From positions 1,294 through 65,293 of the forward strand of contig JAJTIA010000025.1 in the NCBI GenBank assembly GCA_021299995.1: DNA of 64,000 nt, in the 5' to 3' direction. The translations under genes were made by a program, and so were the position numbers. This document shows, piece after piece, positions 27,625-37,078 of the stretch (position 1 is its first letter; each line of letters starts with the position of its first letter). This DNA comes from Candidatus Jidaibacter sp. (GTDB lineage Bacteria; Pseudomonadota; Alphaproteobacteria; Rickettsiales; Midichloriaceae). The notes under the pieces were generated by a model. That model was not told where the DNA came from. It did no database searches and saw nothing but the letters and a program-made list of their open reading frames with translations.

Positions 27625-29580
27625 TCAGCTAAAACTTATAGGGTCTACATCTACCCTAATACTGATAGATTTTGGCATCTCAACACTTGCAATCCAGCGC
27701 TTTATCATAGACTGAATATTGATCTTACGATCACTGATAATGACAAACCGGTATCTATATTCATTCTTCAATATAAAGATCGGGGCTGGCACTGGGCCTA
27801 AGACCTTAATTTTATCATCAGTATTAGGTGCGATTTTAGCCAAATGGTTTAAATGCCTAATTAACTCAATTTCATTACGCGAGAAAAAATGGATAAGAAC
27901 CAACCTGCTGTAAGGAGGCATATTGGCAGCTTCTCTGCTATACAGCTCGTTCTCCACAAACTCGTCGTAATTTTGATGTTCTAAGCTCTGAATCAGTGGA
28001 GATAGAGGATTCTCAGTCTGGATAACAACAATGCCTTTATCAGATTCTCTACCTGCTCGGCCAGACACCTGCTGCAACACTTGATAAGTTCTCTCATAAG
28101 CCCTTATATCACCTGCCATCAATGCAGAGTCTGCCTCTAAAATGCCAACTAAATCAAGCTTTGGAAAGTGAAGCCCCTTGCCGACAAGCTGAGTACCTAT
28201 TAGCACATCTACCTCGTGATTAGAGATTTTCTCCATAATCTCAGATATTTTTGACTCAGTTGATGTATTATCACTCGATATTATCTGAACCCTAGCCTCT
28301 GGCAAAAATGACTCAACTTCCTCAGCGATCTTTTCTACACCAACACCATACGACACAAATTTTTCAGTATTCGCACAATTGCTGCAAGGCTTGGATTTAT
28401 TTTGCGAGTAGCTACAGTGGTGACACCTGAGTGCACGCTCATGCTTATGCTCAACTAAATTAAAGTCGCAATTAGGACATGTAACCTTTTGTTTGCACTC
28501 TTTACACAGCGTGACAGGCACATAACCTCTGCGGTTCAGATATAAAAGTGATTGCTTGCTTTCCTTAAAATTACGTATTAATTCATCCCGCAATTGCGGC
28601 GAGATCACACCTTCCTTTTTAGAAAGCTCCGATACATCTACAACCTTAATCTGAGGCAATACAGAGTCTCCGAAGCGTGATGCTAGAAAAAACCTTTCAT
28701 ATTTTCCATTCTTAATATTATATTCTGTCTCAATAGACGGTGTTGCAGAGCATAATATAGCGGGGACTTTCTCTATATTACACCTGAGCACCGCCATATC
28801 GCGTGCATTGTAACAACCACCATCTTCTTGTTTCAGAGAGTTATCGTGCTCTTCATCTATTATCACAAGACCTAAATTTTTATATGGCAGAAATAGAGCG
28901 CTTCTTGCACCTACCACAAGATTAGCATCTCCATTTATCACATCTGCCCAATATTTGGTTTTTTTTGCCTCAGTTAAACCAGAATGCCACTCGTGTATAA
29001 AATGCGAGATACGTTTTTTAAAGCGCTCCTTCATCTGTATAGAAAGTAGTATTTCCGGCAGAATGATTAGTGCTTGCTTTCCCTGCGCAATCACATCCTC
29101 AATCAGCTTTAGGTATACCTCTGTTTTGCCTGAGCCTGTAACACCTTGCAACACATTTACAGAAAAACCAGAGCCAAGCTTAGCTTTGATTGATTTATAA
29201 ACAGTAGATTGTGCATCATTGAGGTCTACACTTGCTGCATTAATATTCGCGTTATTCTTGATTTCACGGCGTTTCACGTCTTTAAAAACACCTTTCCCAG
29301 AAAGCATCATCTTAAGCACCATACCGTAGGGCATTATGTTATAGCTCGCAACAGCTTGGACAAAATCAATTTGAGACTTAGTGAGGCCGTATTCAGTGAC
29401 TTCTTCTATATCTTTAATCTTATCAGAGTCAGTTTGGTTTGATTGTTCAAGGACCACACCATGAATTTTCTTGCCTCTAAAATCTACACGAACTATTTTG
29501 CCAATTAAATCATTGTTACTTTGTGTTCTATATGTAAATCCTTTATCAAACGGCAAGGGCAATAACACATCAAACAACAT
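27625..29580 (-). CDS. priA: primosomal protein N' (replication restart helicase PriA)
   Basis: Walker A GVTGSGKTE, DEEH box IIDEEHD, and a Cys-rich zinc insertion CKECKQKVTCPNCDFNLVEHKHERALRCHHCSY...CSNC. Confidence 0.9.
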   Translation of the reverse strand: MLFDVLLPLPFDKGFTYRTQSNNDLIGKIVRVDFRGKKIHGVVLEQSNQTDSDKIKDIEEVTEYGLTKSQIDFVQAVASYNIMPYGMVLKMMLSGKGVFKDVKRREIKNNANINAASVDLNDAQSTVYKSIKAKLGSGFSVNVLQGVTGSGKTEVYLKLIEDVIAQGKQALIILPEILLSIQMKERFKKRISHFIHEWHSGLTEAKKTKYWADVINGDANLVVGARSALFLPYKNLGLVIIDEEHDNSLKQEDGGCYNARDMAVLRCNIEKVPAILCSATPSIETEYNIKNGKYERFFLASRFGDSVLPQIKVVDVSELSKKEGVISPQLRDELIRNFKESKQSLLYLNRRGYVPVTLCKECKQKVTCPNCDFNLVEHKHERALRCHHCSYSQNKSKPCSNCANTEKFVSYGVGVEKIAEEVESFLPEARVQIISSDNTSTESKISEIMEKISNHEVDVLIGTQLVGKGLHFPKLDLVGILEADSALMAGDIRAYERTYQVLQQVSGRAGRESDKGIVVIQTENPLSPLIQSLEHQNYDEFVENELYSREAANMPPYSRLVLIHFFSRNEIELIRHLNHLAKIAPNTDDKIKVLGPVPAPIFILKNEYRYRFVIISDRKINIQSMIKRWIASVEMPKSISIRVDVDPISFS

Positions 29581-31698
29581 CTAGATTTGCCCCAGCGTTT
29601 TGATCTTAGCCTTTGGATGTATCTCGTTTTGTGAAATAACAGAAAGCCCACTTTTAAAACGCTCTACAATCGATCTTACATAAGGGCGCAGTTTTGATGA
29701 TGTGAGCAATATAGGACTTTCGCCTTTCAGCATAATTTTTTCATACTCTTGGTTCACACTGCGTACAAATTCTTCTAGCTGAGAAGGCGCAAGTGAAAGG
29801 TGCCTATCGTCATCCTTGCCAACCAAGCTCTCAAGTAAAGTCTGTTCCCACTTTCCAGAAAGCACAATAAGAGGTATGTAACCATTATTATTTTGATATT
29901 GATTGCAAATTTGCATCGCGAGCCTAGTTCTTACATGCTCTATCACTGTAAGCACATGCATATTTGTTGTTGCAACTTCTGACACTGCCTCAACAATTGC
30001 AGATAGATCACGTATAGAAATTCCCTCAGCAAGCAGACCTTGCAGCACTCTTTGAAAGCCTGTGATAGTCATATTTGTTGGGATAAAGTCTGATACAAGC
30101 TTCTTATGCTCAGGTGATAGTGTATCTATAAGCTTTTGTGTCTCGCTTACAGAAAGCAGCATGTTAATGTTTTCTTTTATAATTTCGGTAAGGTGGGTTG
30201 TGATAACAGTGGGTGGATCTACAACTGTGTAGCCCTTAAATGTTGCTGTCTCTTTAAACTGCTCATCTATCCATTTTGCTGGCAACCCAAATGCTGGCTC
30301 TTTTGTATCATCACCCTGTATATCAATCGATTTTCCCTGGGGCTCCATCACCAAAAATTTGTTTGGCTCAATATCGCCTGAAGCACATTCTATGTCTTTA
30401 ACTTTTATCACATATTGCTTCGATCCAAGCTGTAGGTTATCTTGTATGCGGACAGAGGGCATAACAAACCCTAGCTCTTTTGCTATCTGCTTACGTAGCG
30501 CTTTTATCTGATCTGTGAGCTTATGACCCTTTTGATAGTTGATCAAAGGAAGCAACTCATACCCCAACTCGAGGCGCAAGAAATCTATCTGCATTAGCTC
30601 ACTTATCACTTCCTCTTGGCTTTTTTGCTGCTGCGCCCCATCTGATTGACTAGCAATTCCATCTGTCATCTCAGACTTCTTGCCCCTGCTGTAGTGCAGT
30701 CCATAAGCAAGACCACCAGTAAGTGCAGCAGTAGTCAAAAATGGCAACATGGGTATCATAGGCATTAGCGACATAAACACCAGCAACCCACTCGTGATTC
30801 CAATCGCCTGTGGGAATGTACCGAGTTGTTCCAAAATAGCCTTTTCTGCAGACCCCTTGACACCAGACTTTGTAACCAACAAGCCGGCACTGATAGATAC
30901 GATTAAAGCTGGCACTTGTGTCACTAAGCCATCACCTATTGTAAGAAGAGAATATGTCTTAATAGCTTGATCAAATGACATTCCAGATTGAGCAACACCA
31001 ATTACAATACCAGCTATAAAGTTTATAAATATTATGATTAATCCAGCGATCGCATCGCCTCTTACGAATTTATTCGCACCATCCATAGATCCATAAAATG
31101 TACTCTCATCTTCTAGCTCTTTTCTGCGTGTTCTCGCAGTCCCTTCATCAATCAAGCCAGCAGAAAGATCTGCATCAATTGCCATTTGTTTACCAGGCAT
31201 CGCATCCAAGCTAAAACGTGCGGCAACTTCTGCGATACGACCAGAACCCTTGGTGATGACGACAAAGTTTATGATTGTAAGTATACCAAACACTATTATT
31301 CCTATCACAACAGAGCTCTGCATCACAAAAAGGCCAAATGCTTCTATCACATGGCCAGCTGCGAATGTTCCCAAGTGCCCATCTGTTAATATAAGCCTTG
31401 TAGAAGAGATATTGAGGGCGAGCCGTAGCATTGTTACTATCAAAAGAAGAGAAGGAAATGAGCTAAAATCAAGAGATTTGTCTACAAACAACACTGTCAT
31501 CAAGATCATAACGGATATCGTAAGCGATAGGCTTAGCAAAACATCCATCAGCCAGCTCGGTATCGGGAATATCAGTATAGCTATAATACCTAGCACTGCA
31601 GATGCAAACAAGACATCAAGATGCTTCTTGTAGTCCTGCTGGAAAAACGCGCCAACGTTTTGCCCTTTAAAGGACAGCTCAATGTTGCCTATTCGCAT
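29581..31698 (-). CDS. flhA: flagellar biosynthesis protein FlhA (type III export gate)
   Basis: 705-aa FHIPEP-family protein. N-terminal 8-TM domain with RFSLDAMPGKQMAIDADL, plus a cytoplasmic C-terminal domain. Confidence 0.92.
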   Translation of the reverse strand: MRIGNIELSFKGQNVGAFFQQDYKKHLDVLFASAVLGIIAILIFPIPSWLMDVLLSLSLTISVMILMTVLFVDKSLDFSSFPSLLLIVTMLRLALNISSTRLILTDGHLGTFAAGHVIEAFGLFVMQSSVVIGIIVFGILTIINFVVITKGSGRIAEVAARFSLDAMPGKQMAIDADLSAGLIDEGTARTRRKELEDESTFYGSMDGANKFVRGDAIAGLIIIFINFIAGIVIGVAQSGMSFDQAIKTYSLLTIGDGLVTQVPALIVSISAGLLVTKSGVKGSAEKAILEQLGTFPQAIGITSGLLVFMSLMPMIPMLPFLTTAALTGGLAYGLHYSRGKKSEMTDGIASQSDGAQQQKSQEEVISELMQIDFLRLELGYELLPLINYQKGHKLTDQIKALRKQIAKELGFVMPSVRIQDNLQLGSKQYVIKVKDIECASGDIEPNKFLVMEPQGKSIDIQGDDTKEPAFGLPAKWIDEQFKETATFKGYTVVDPPTVITTHLTEIIKENINMLLSVSETQKLIDTLSPEHKKLVSDFIPTNMTITGFQRVLQGLLAEGISIRDLSAIVEAVSEVATTNMHVLTVIEHVRTRLAMQICNQYQNNNGYIPLIVLSGKWEQTLLESLVGKDDDRHLSLAPSQLEEFVRSVNQEYEKIMLKGESPILLTSSKLRPYVRSIVERFKSGLSVISQNEIHPKAKIKTLGQI

Positions 31699-31781
31699 CG
31701 TTAATTATTGTATTAATATTCCTGAATAATCTACCAAACAAAATTGTAAAAAGCTAACATCAAATTCGCTCTTTATTTTCA

Positions 31782-33131
31782 CTACACACTTATTTTCTCT
31801 ACTTCATCTCTAGCCAAAGCAGATCCTAGTTTCTCGTATGACATCTCTAAATTGTCGGATTCGTTAGGGCTTTGCTTTAGCACTTCCTCTATTTTTCCAA
31901 AGTGCTCTATCGCTAAATCAGTCTCTAGATCTGTGCCTTTTTTATAAGCACCTATTTTAATCAAATCTACCATTTCATCATATAAAGCTAGGTGCTTTTT
32001 AGCAGTGTTTACAATCTGATTTTCGGCATCTGTATTACACATAGGCATCATACGCGAGATGCTTTTTAGAATGTCAATTGCAGGGAATCTATTGCGTGCA
32101 GCTATCTCACGACTCAACACGATATGACCATCTAAAATAGATCTTATCGCATCTGCAACAGGCTCATTCGTGTCATCCCCTTCAACTAGCACAGAAAAAA
32201 GCCCTGTAATGCTTCCCTGCTCGTCATTACCCATACCTGCTCTCTCTAAAAGCTTAGGTAGCTCTGAGAACACGCTCGGTGTATATCCTTTGGTAGTGGA
32301 AGGTTCACCAACCGCAAGCCCTATCTCTCTTTGAGCCATTGCAAATCGTGTGACGCTATCCATCATGGTAATTACGTCCAAGCCCTGATCTCTAAAATAT
32401 TCTGAAACAGAGAGAGTAAGATATGCAGCTCGCTTCCTTGCAAGCGCTGACTCATCTGATGTTGCGACTATAATGACAGCATTTGCAAGACCCTCTTCGC
32501 CCAAATAATCTTCTATAAATTCTTGGACCTCACGTCCCCTTTCCCCTATCAAACCTATCACCTTAATATCGGTCTTCGCATATTTGGTAAACATCGAAAG
32601 AAGCATCGATTTACCAACTCCAGAACCTGCAAATATACCGAGCCTTTGACCTTTGCAACATGTAACGAATGTGTTTACAGCACGCACTCCCATATCAAGC
32701 TTATCCTTAACTCGCATCCGTTCGTGGGCTTTTACGGGTGCTGCCTTTATATTATATGGCATGCTACCATACTGCAAATCGCCCTTCTTATCTACAGGCT
32801 CTGCAAAACAGTTGATAACACGGCCTTTCCAAGCCATTGAAGGGAAGACATTCTGCTCTATAGAATTGAGTAGAATCTCACATCCTATGCCGATTCCTGT
32901 TGTGTCTCCATATGCTAAAAGCAGTGTTTCGTTTTCCTCAAAGCCTACAACCTCTGCTTCTACAGATTCCCCTGAACGCAATGTTAAAGAGCAGATAGAA
33001 CCAATGCTTGCAAAAAGATTTAAGCCTTTTGCCTTTATTAGCAAACCTTTTACTCCACTTACTGAGCCAGTAATGCTATAATCATTCGAGTTGTTTATGC
33101 GATGTATCAAAGATTCTAATTCTGAAAACAC
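31782..33131 (-). CDS. fliI: flagellum-specific ATP synthase FliI
   Basis: Walker A GSGVGKS and Walker B ITMMDSVTRFA. FliI/YscN-type ATPase architecture, 449 aa. Confidence 0.9.
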   Translation of the reverse strand: MFSELESLIHRINNSNDYSITGSVSGVKGLLIKAKGLNLFASIGSICSLTLRSGESVEAEVVGFEENETLLLAYGDTTGIGIGCEILLNSIEQNVFPSMAWKGRVINCFAEPVDKKGDLQYGSMPYNIKAAPVKAHERMRVKDKLDMGVRAVNTFVTCCKGQRLGIFAGSGVGKSMLLSMFTKYAKTDIKVIGLIGERGREVQEFIEDYLGEEGLANAVIIVATSDESALARKRAAYLTLSVSEYFRDQGLDVITMMDSVTRFAMAQREIGLAVGEPSTTKGYTPSVFSELPKLLERAGMGNDEQGSITGLFSVLVEGDDTNEPVADAIRSILDGHIVLSREIAARNRFPAIDILKSISRMMPMCNTDAENQIVNTAKKHLALYDEMVDLIKIGAYKKGTDLETDLAIEHFGKIEEVLKQSPNESDNLEMSYEKLGSALARDEVEKISV

Positions 33132-33169
33132 TTAAGCATAACCTGAAAAATATTTTTAATAAATGTAAC

Positions 33170-34108
33170 ATGGATTTTAAAAAAGTAACTGTATTAGTTG
33201 ATGATTCGGATATAAGACTTGATCGCTGGTTCAAAAGGCATCATCAACATGTGGCATTCACACAGATTGTGAAAATGGCTAGAAAAAAATTAATCAAAAT
33301 CAATGGCAAGCGCTGTGAAGCTTCAACGCGCGTTATGGAAGGTGATGTAATATCATTTCCAGAGTTTGAAACTTTTTCTGAAGTAGGTAAACAAGAGCAC
33401 AAAGATAAGATATCGAAGCAAAATAGGGAATTAATCACAAATGCAGTAATGTATAAGGATGATGACATAATAGTGCTTAACAAGCCCTCAGGACTTGCTG
33501 TACAGGGTGGTACAAAAATAGCTACAAGCGTTGATGACCTAGCAGAGTGCATAAAATTTGAATATGATGATAAGCCCAAACTTGTACACCGAATCGATAA
33601 AGAAACATCCGGCCTTTTAATCATGGCACGTAAAACGGTTGTAGCAGCTCAACTTGCTCAGCTGTTTCGGACGCGGCACATCACTAAGAAATATTTAGCG
33701 TTGATCCGTGGCGTACCAAAAGATCTAGAAGGCAAAATCGTTTCAAAGATCTCAAAAGTAAAGATAGGCAAATTTGAGCGTATGGTGGAAAACGAAGAAG
33801 GTAAAACTGCTATCACACATTACAAGGTGATAGATAGCGCAGCTAAAGAATACGCACTTTTAGAATTAGATATTATAACTGGTAAAACACACCAGATCAG
33901 AGCTCAGCTTGCTGAAATGGGCACACCGATTGTTGGCGATGATAAGTATGGCTCTCGTACTCAATCTATAGGCATCCTTGACAAAAAATTGTATTTGCAT
34001 GCTTACAAGATGGATTTTGGTCTAAACAAGAAAAAATATGAATTAGAGGCGGATTTGCCATCATATTTTGAAGATGCATTGAATACTTTAGCGTTAAGTG
34101 TTAAATAG
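33170..34108 (+). CDS. rluC: RluA-family 23S rRNA pseudouridine synthase (RluC/D-like, with S4 domain)
   Basis: N-terminal S4-like domain (RLDRWF). Catalytic motif HRIDKETSGLLIMA and C-terminal GKTHQIRAQL. Confidence 0.75.
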   Translation: MDFKKVTVLVDDSDIRLDRWFKRHHQHVAFTQIVKMARKKLIKINGKRCEASTRVMEGDVISFPEFETFSEVGKQEHKDKISKQNRELITNAVMYKDDDIIVLNKPSGLAVQGGTKIATSVDDLAECIKFEYDDKPKLVHRIDKETSGLLIMARKTVVAAQLAQLFRTRHITKKYLALIRGVPKDLEGKIVSKISKVKIGKFERMVENEEGKTAITHYKVIDSAAKEYALLELDIITGKTHQIRAQLAEMGTPIVGDDKYGSRTQSIGILDKKLYLHAYKMDFGLNKKKYELEADLPSYFEDALNTLALSVK

Positions 34109-34140
34109 TATTAGCATATAAATTATACTGCGTACTTATA

Positions 34141-34638
34141 ATGACAAAAGTTACTGCAATTTACCCTGGCACATTTGACCCCATCACTAAGGGACATTTG
34201 GATATAATAAAGAGAGCTAGCAAATTATTCGACAGGTTGATAGTAGCAATCGCCGATGATACTCCTAAGTTCCCTATTTTCTCACTTGAAGAGCGTTTAC
34301 AAATGACAAAAGACGAGCTAGCTGCAAACATATTCAACGCAAACATAGAGGTTATGAAGTTCTCTGGCTTGCTAGTAGATTTTGCAAAGCAGCAAGGATC
34401 ATTTGTGATTGTAAGAGGGTTGCGTGCTGCATCAGACTTTGAGTACGAATTTCAGATGTCATACATGAACCATAAAATAGCCCCAGATATACAGACAATC
34501 TTCGTGCCAGCAAACGAAAATGGGCACTTCATATCATCTCGTTTTGTGAAGGAGTTAGCACGTTTAGGTAGTAAAGTTGAAGGGTTTGTATCACCAACTA
34601 TAGCAGGGAAATTATATGCGCATTTTAAGAATAATTAG
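34141..34638 (+). CDS. coaD: phosphopantetheine adenylyltransferase
   Basis: AIYPGTFDPITKGHLDII (T/HxGH motif). Length 165 aa. Confidence 0.93.
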   Translation: MTKVTAIYPGTFDPITKGHLDIIKRASKLFDRLIVAIADDTPKFPIFSLEERLQMTKDELAANIFNANIEVMKFSGLLVDFAKQQGSFVIVRGLRAASDFEYEFQMSYMNHKIAPDIQTIFVPANENGHFISSRFVKELARLGSKVEGFVSPTIAGKLYAHFKNN

Positions 34639-35155
34639 CTTGTTGATTTTATCGTTTAGCATTGCCTATGGGGCATTTGCAAAAGAATCTGGATCATCTA
34701 CAGGACGATCCATTCCTAGATTTATAATACTAAAATCAAACGAGACAAACTTACGAAAAGGACCTAATGTCCGCTTTCCAATTGTACAGACATATAAGCG
34801 TAAAGGCTATCCTATGGAGGTTATAGCTGAGTTTGAAAACTGGCGTAAATTACGTGATCGTGATGGGATGGAAGGTTGGGTTCATGAAAATCTTATAACA
34901 GGTACCAGAAATGCTGTTATTAGTGATAATAAATATAAAAGCACATCGCTGACTTATAAAATAAATGACAAAGAACTCATTCTATTTAGGTATCCTGATG
35001 AAACTTCATATCCAATAAGCAGAGTTGAGTTTGGGTCAATAGGCAAATTAAAAAAATGTCAAAAAGAATGGTGCAAAATAAAATTCAATGAAGTGACTGC
35101 ATGGGCACTAAAGTCTAATTTGTGGGGTGTATATTCTGACGAAATTATCGATTAG
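34616..35155 (+). CDS. SH3-like domain protein (DUF1058 family), exported
   Basis: Signal peptide, then IPRFIILKSNETNLRKGPNVRFPI...WRKLRDRDGMEGWVHENL...CQKEWCKI...LWGV. This is the alphaproteobacterial DUF1058 pattern. Confidence 0.75.
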   Translation: MRILRIISLLILSFSIAYGAFAKESGSSTGRSIPRFIILKSNETNLRKGPNVRFPIVQTYKRKGYPMEVIAEFENWRKLRDRDGMEGWVHENLITGTRNAVISDNKYKSTSLTYKINDKELILFRYPDETSYPISRVEFGSIGKLKKCQKEWCKIKFNEVTAWALKSNLWGVYSDEIID

Positions 35156-35199
35156 CGAATAATTTATTAAACAATGCTGATTTAAAAACGTTGAGAATA

Positions 35200-36078
35200 A
35201 TGAAGATTTTTGGTAGAAAGTCTCATTCTAATAATTTAATGAGAAACATGAGAAAAAATTTATTAAGATTCTTAGTTGTACTCGCGCTTATATATGTCGC
35301 AGTTTCAGCAACAATTTACTTTAAACAACGTTCTTTATTATACTTTCCAGATAAAGACATAAAAGAAATCAGCTCTTACAGTCTTGGTGACACTCAAGAC
35401 TTGATGATAAAAAGCAAAGATGGCACAGAAATTCAGATTTGGTATAAAAAGGCAGAACCTAATAAGCCTATGGCTCTTTATTTCCATGGTAACTCATATA
35501 ATTTAGGAAAAAGATCAGAAAAATTCAGAGAACTAATCGACCTTGGATACGGATTTGTTGCCCCTTCTTATCATGGATTTGGCAAGAGTGATGGGAATCC
35601 ATCTAAAGAAGCTATTTTAGGTGATGCTCGGACTGCGATAAAATTCCTCGAAGATCAGGGATACAAGACAGAAGATACAGTGGTAATAGGTGAGTCTTTA
35701 GGTTCGGGCGTTGCTGTGCAAATGGCAACTGAGTATAAATTCAGGGAAGTATTTTTAATCACACCTTACACATCAATTGCTGATAGAGCACAACAAATAT
35801 ACTGGTATTTACCGGTGCAATACCTCGTTAAAGACAACTTCATCAACTCTGATAAAATTGCAAAAATCAATGCGCCTCTTCTTATGGTCCATGGTACAAA
35901 GGATGATGTTATTCCTCACTCGCATGCAGAGGCTTTATTTGCTATTGCAGAAGAACCAAAAAAACTTATTATATATGATGGTAAGGGTCATTCGAACCTT
36001 GATAACAGAGAGATATTCACAGAGATGACAAAGTTTTTATCAAATGGCTCAAAAGTTGAGAATGGCGAACAAAAATAA
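35200..36078 (+). CDS. alpha/beta hydrolase (membrane-anchored, serine hydrolase)
   Basis: N-terminal TM helix, HGNS oxyanion region, nucleophile elbow GESLGSG and distal HGTKDDVIP...GH. The ATG at 35200 is preferred over the TTG at 35191. Confidence 0.75.
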   Translation: MKIFGRKSHSNNLMRNMRKNLLRFLVVLALIYVAVSATIYFKQRSLLYFPDKDIKEISSYSLGDTQDLMIKSKDGTEIQIWYKKAEPNKPMALYFHGNSYNLGKRSEKFRELIDLGYGFVAPSYHGFGKSDGNPSKEAILGDARTAIKFLEDQGYKTEDTVVIGESLGSGVAVQMATEYKFREVFLITPYTSIADRAQQIYWYLPVQYLVKDNFINSDKIAKINAPLLMVHGTKDDVIPHSHAEALFAIAEEPKKLIIYDGKGHSNLDNREIFTEMTKFLSNGSKVENGEQK

Positions 36079-37078
36079 TAAATCGACAGATGTTTTAATT
36101 ATAGGAGCAGGCCCAAGTGGCCTGTTTTCTATTTTCCAGCTAGGCATGCTAGGCATTAAGTGTGTTGTAATAGACTCTTTGGATTCAATAGGGGGCCAAT
36201 GCTCTGCTCTTTATCCAGAGAAGCCGATTTATGACATACCAGCGTATCCAATAGTATCAGCTCAGTCGCTTATCGATAACTTACTAGAGCAGGCCTCTCC
36301 TTTTAATCCAGAGTTCATATTATCAGATACTGTGGTAGACATTACAAAAGAGAATGCAATATTTAAAGCAGTCACAAAAGCTGGTATTACTGTATTTTCA
36401 AAAGCTGTTATCATATCAACTGGTGGTGGTGCATTTGGCCCTAACAGACCTCCTCTTGAAGGGATAGAAAATTTTGAAGGCTCGTCTGTATTTTACTCTG
36501 TAACAGATAAGTTGAAATTCAAAGGCGCAAATGTAGCGATAGCAGGAGGCGGGGATTCTGCAGCAGATTGGGCTGTTGAGCTCTCAAATTTTGCTAACAA
36601 AATCTATGTAGTGCACAGAAGAGATAAATTTAGAGCAGCAGACTCTACAATAGAAAAAATGCGCATGTTAGTAAATTCTGGAAAGATAGAGCTTGTTGTG
36701 CCATATCAACTTTCTGCCCTAAATGGAGATGCAGCATATCTCAAGTCTATAGAAGTATCAGATTTGAATAATAATAAAAAGGTTTTAGATGTAGATTATC
36801 TATTGCCATTCTTTGGATTAAAAACAGAAGTTGGGCCAATGGTAAATTGGGATTTGAAATTGGATGATAATCGTGTTTTAGTTGATACAGTGTCTATGCA
36901 AACAAGCAGAGAGGGTATTTTTGCGGTCGGTGATATTGCATCATATAATTGTAAGCTTAAGCTTATTCTCACAGGATTTGCAGAGGCAGCACTTGCAGCT
37001 CATAACATATATAAAATCATCTTTCCTGAAAAAGCGCTACACTTCGAGTATTCTACTACTAAAGGTCTGCCTTCTTAG
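36062..37078 (+). CDS. ferredoxin--NADP(+) reductase, thioredoxin-reductase-like type
   Basis: DVLIIGAGPSGLF...IGGQCSALYPEKPIYDIPAYP and a second Rossmann motif VAIAGGGDSAADWA. Start is ATG 36062 or 36044. Confidence 0.82.
   Translation: MANKNNKSTDVLIIGAGPSGLFSIFQLGMLGIKCVVIDSLDSIGGQCSALYPEKPIYDIPAYPIVSAQSLIDNLLEQASPFNPEFILSDTVVDITKENAIFKAVTKAGITVFSKAVIISTGGGAFGPNRPPLEGIENFEGSSVFYSVTDKLKFKGANVAIAGGGDSAADWAVELSNFANKIYVVHRRDKFRAADSTIEKMRMLVNSGKIELVVPYQLSALNGDAAYLKSIEVSDLNNNKKVLDVDYLLPFFGLKTEVGPMVNWDLKLDDNRVLVDTVSMQTSREGIFAVGDIASYNCKLKLILTGFAEAALAAHNIYKIIFPEKALHFEYSTTKGLPS

Noticed and set aside
36882-37025. 5' extension of the YejA-like ORF overlapping the ferredoxin-NADP reductase gene by ~197 nt
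   Set aside because: The extension has no signal-peptide character and overlaps a conserved gene. The real start is probably a non-ATG codon just before the hydrophobic signal sequence.
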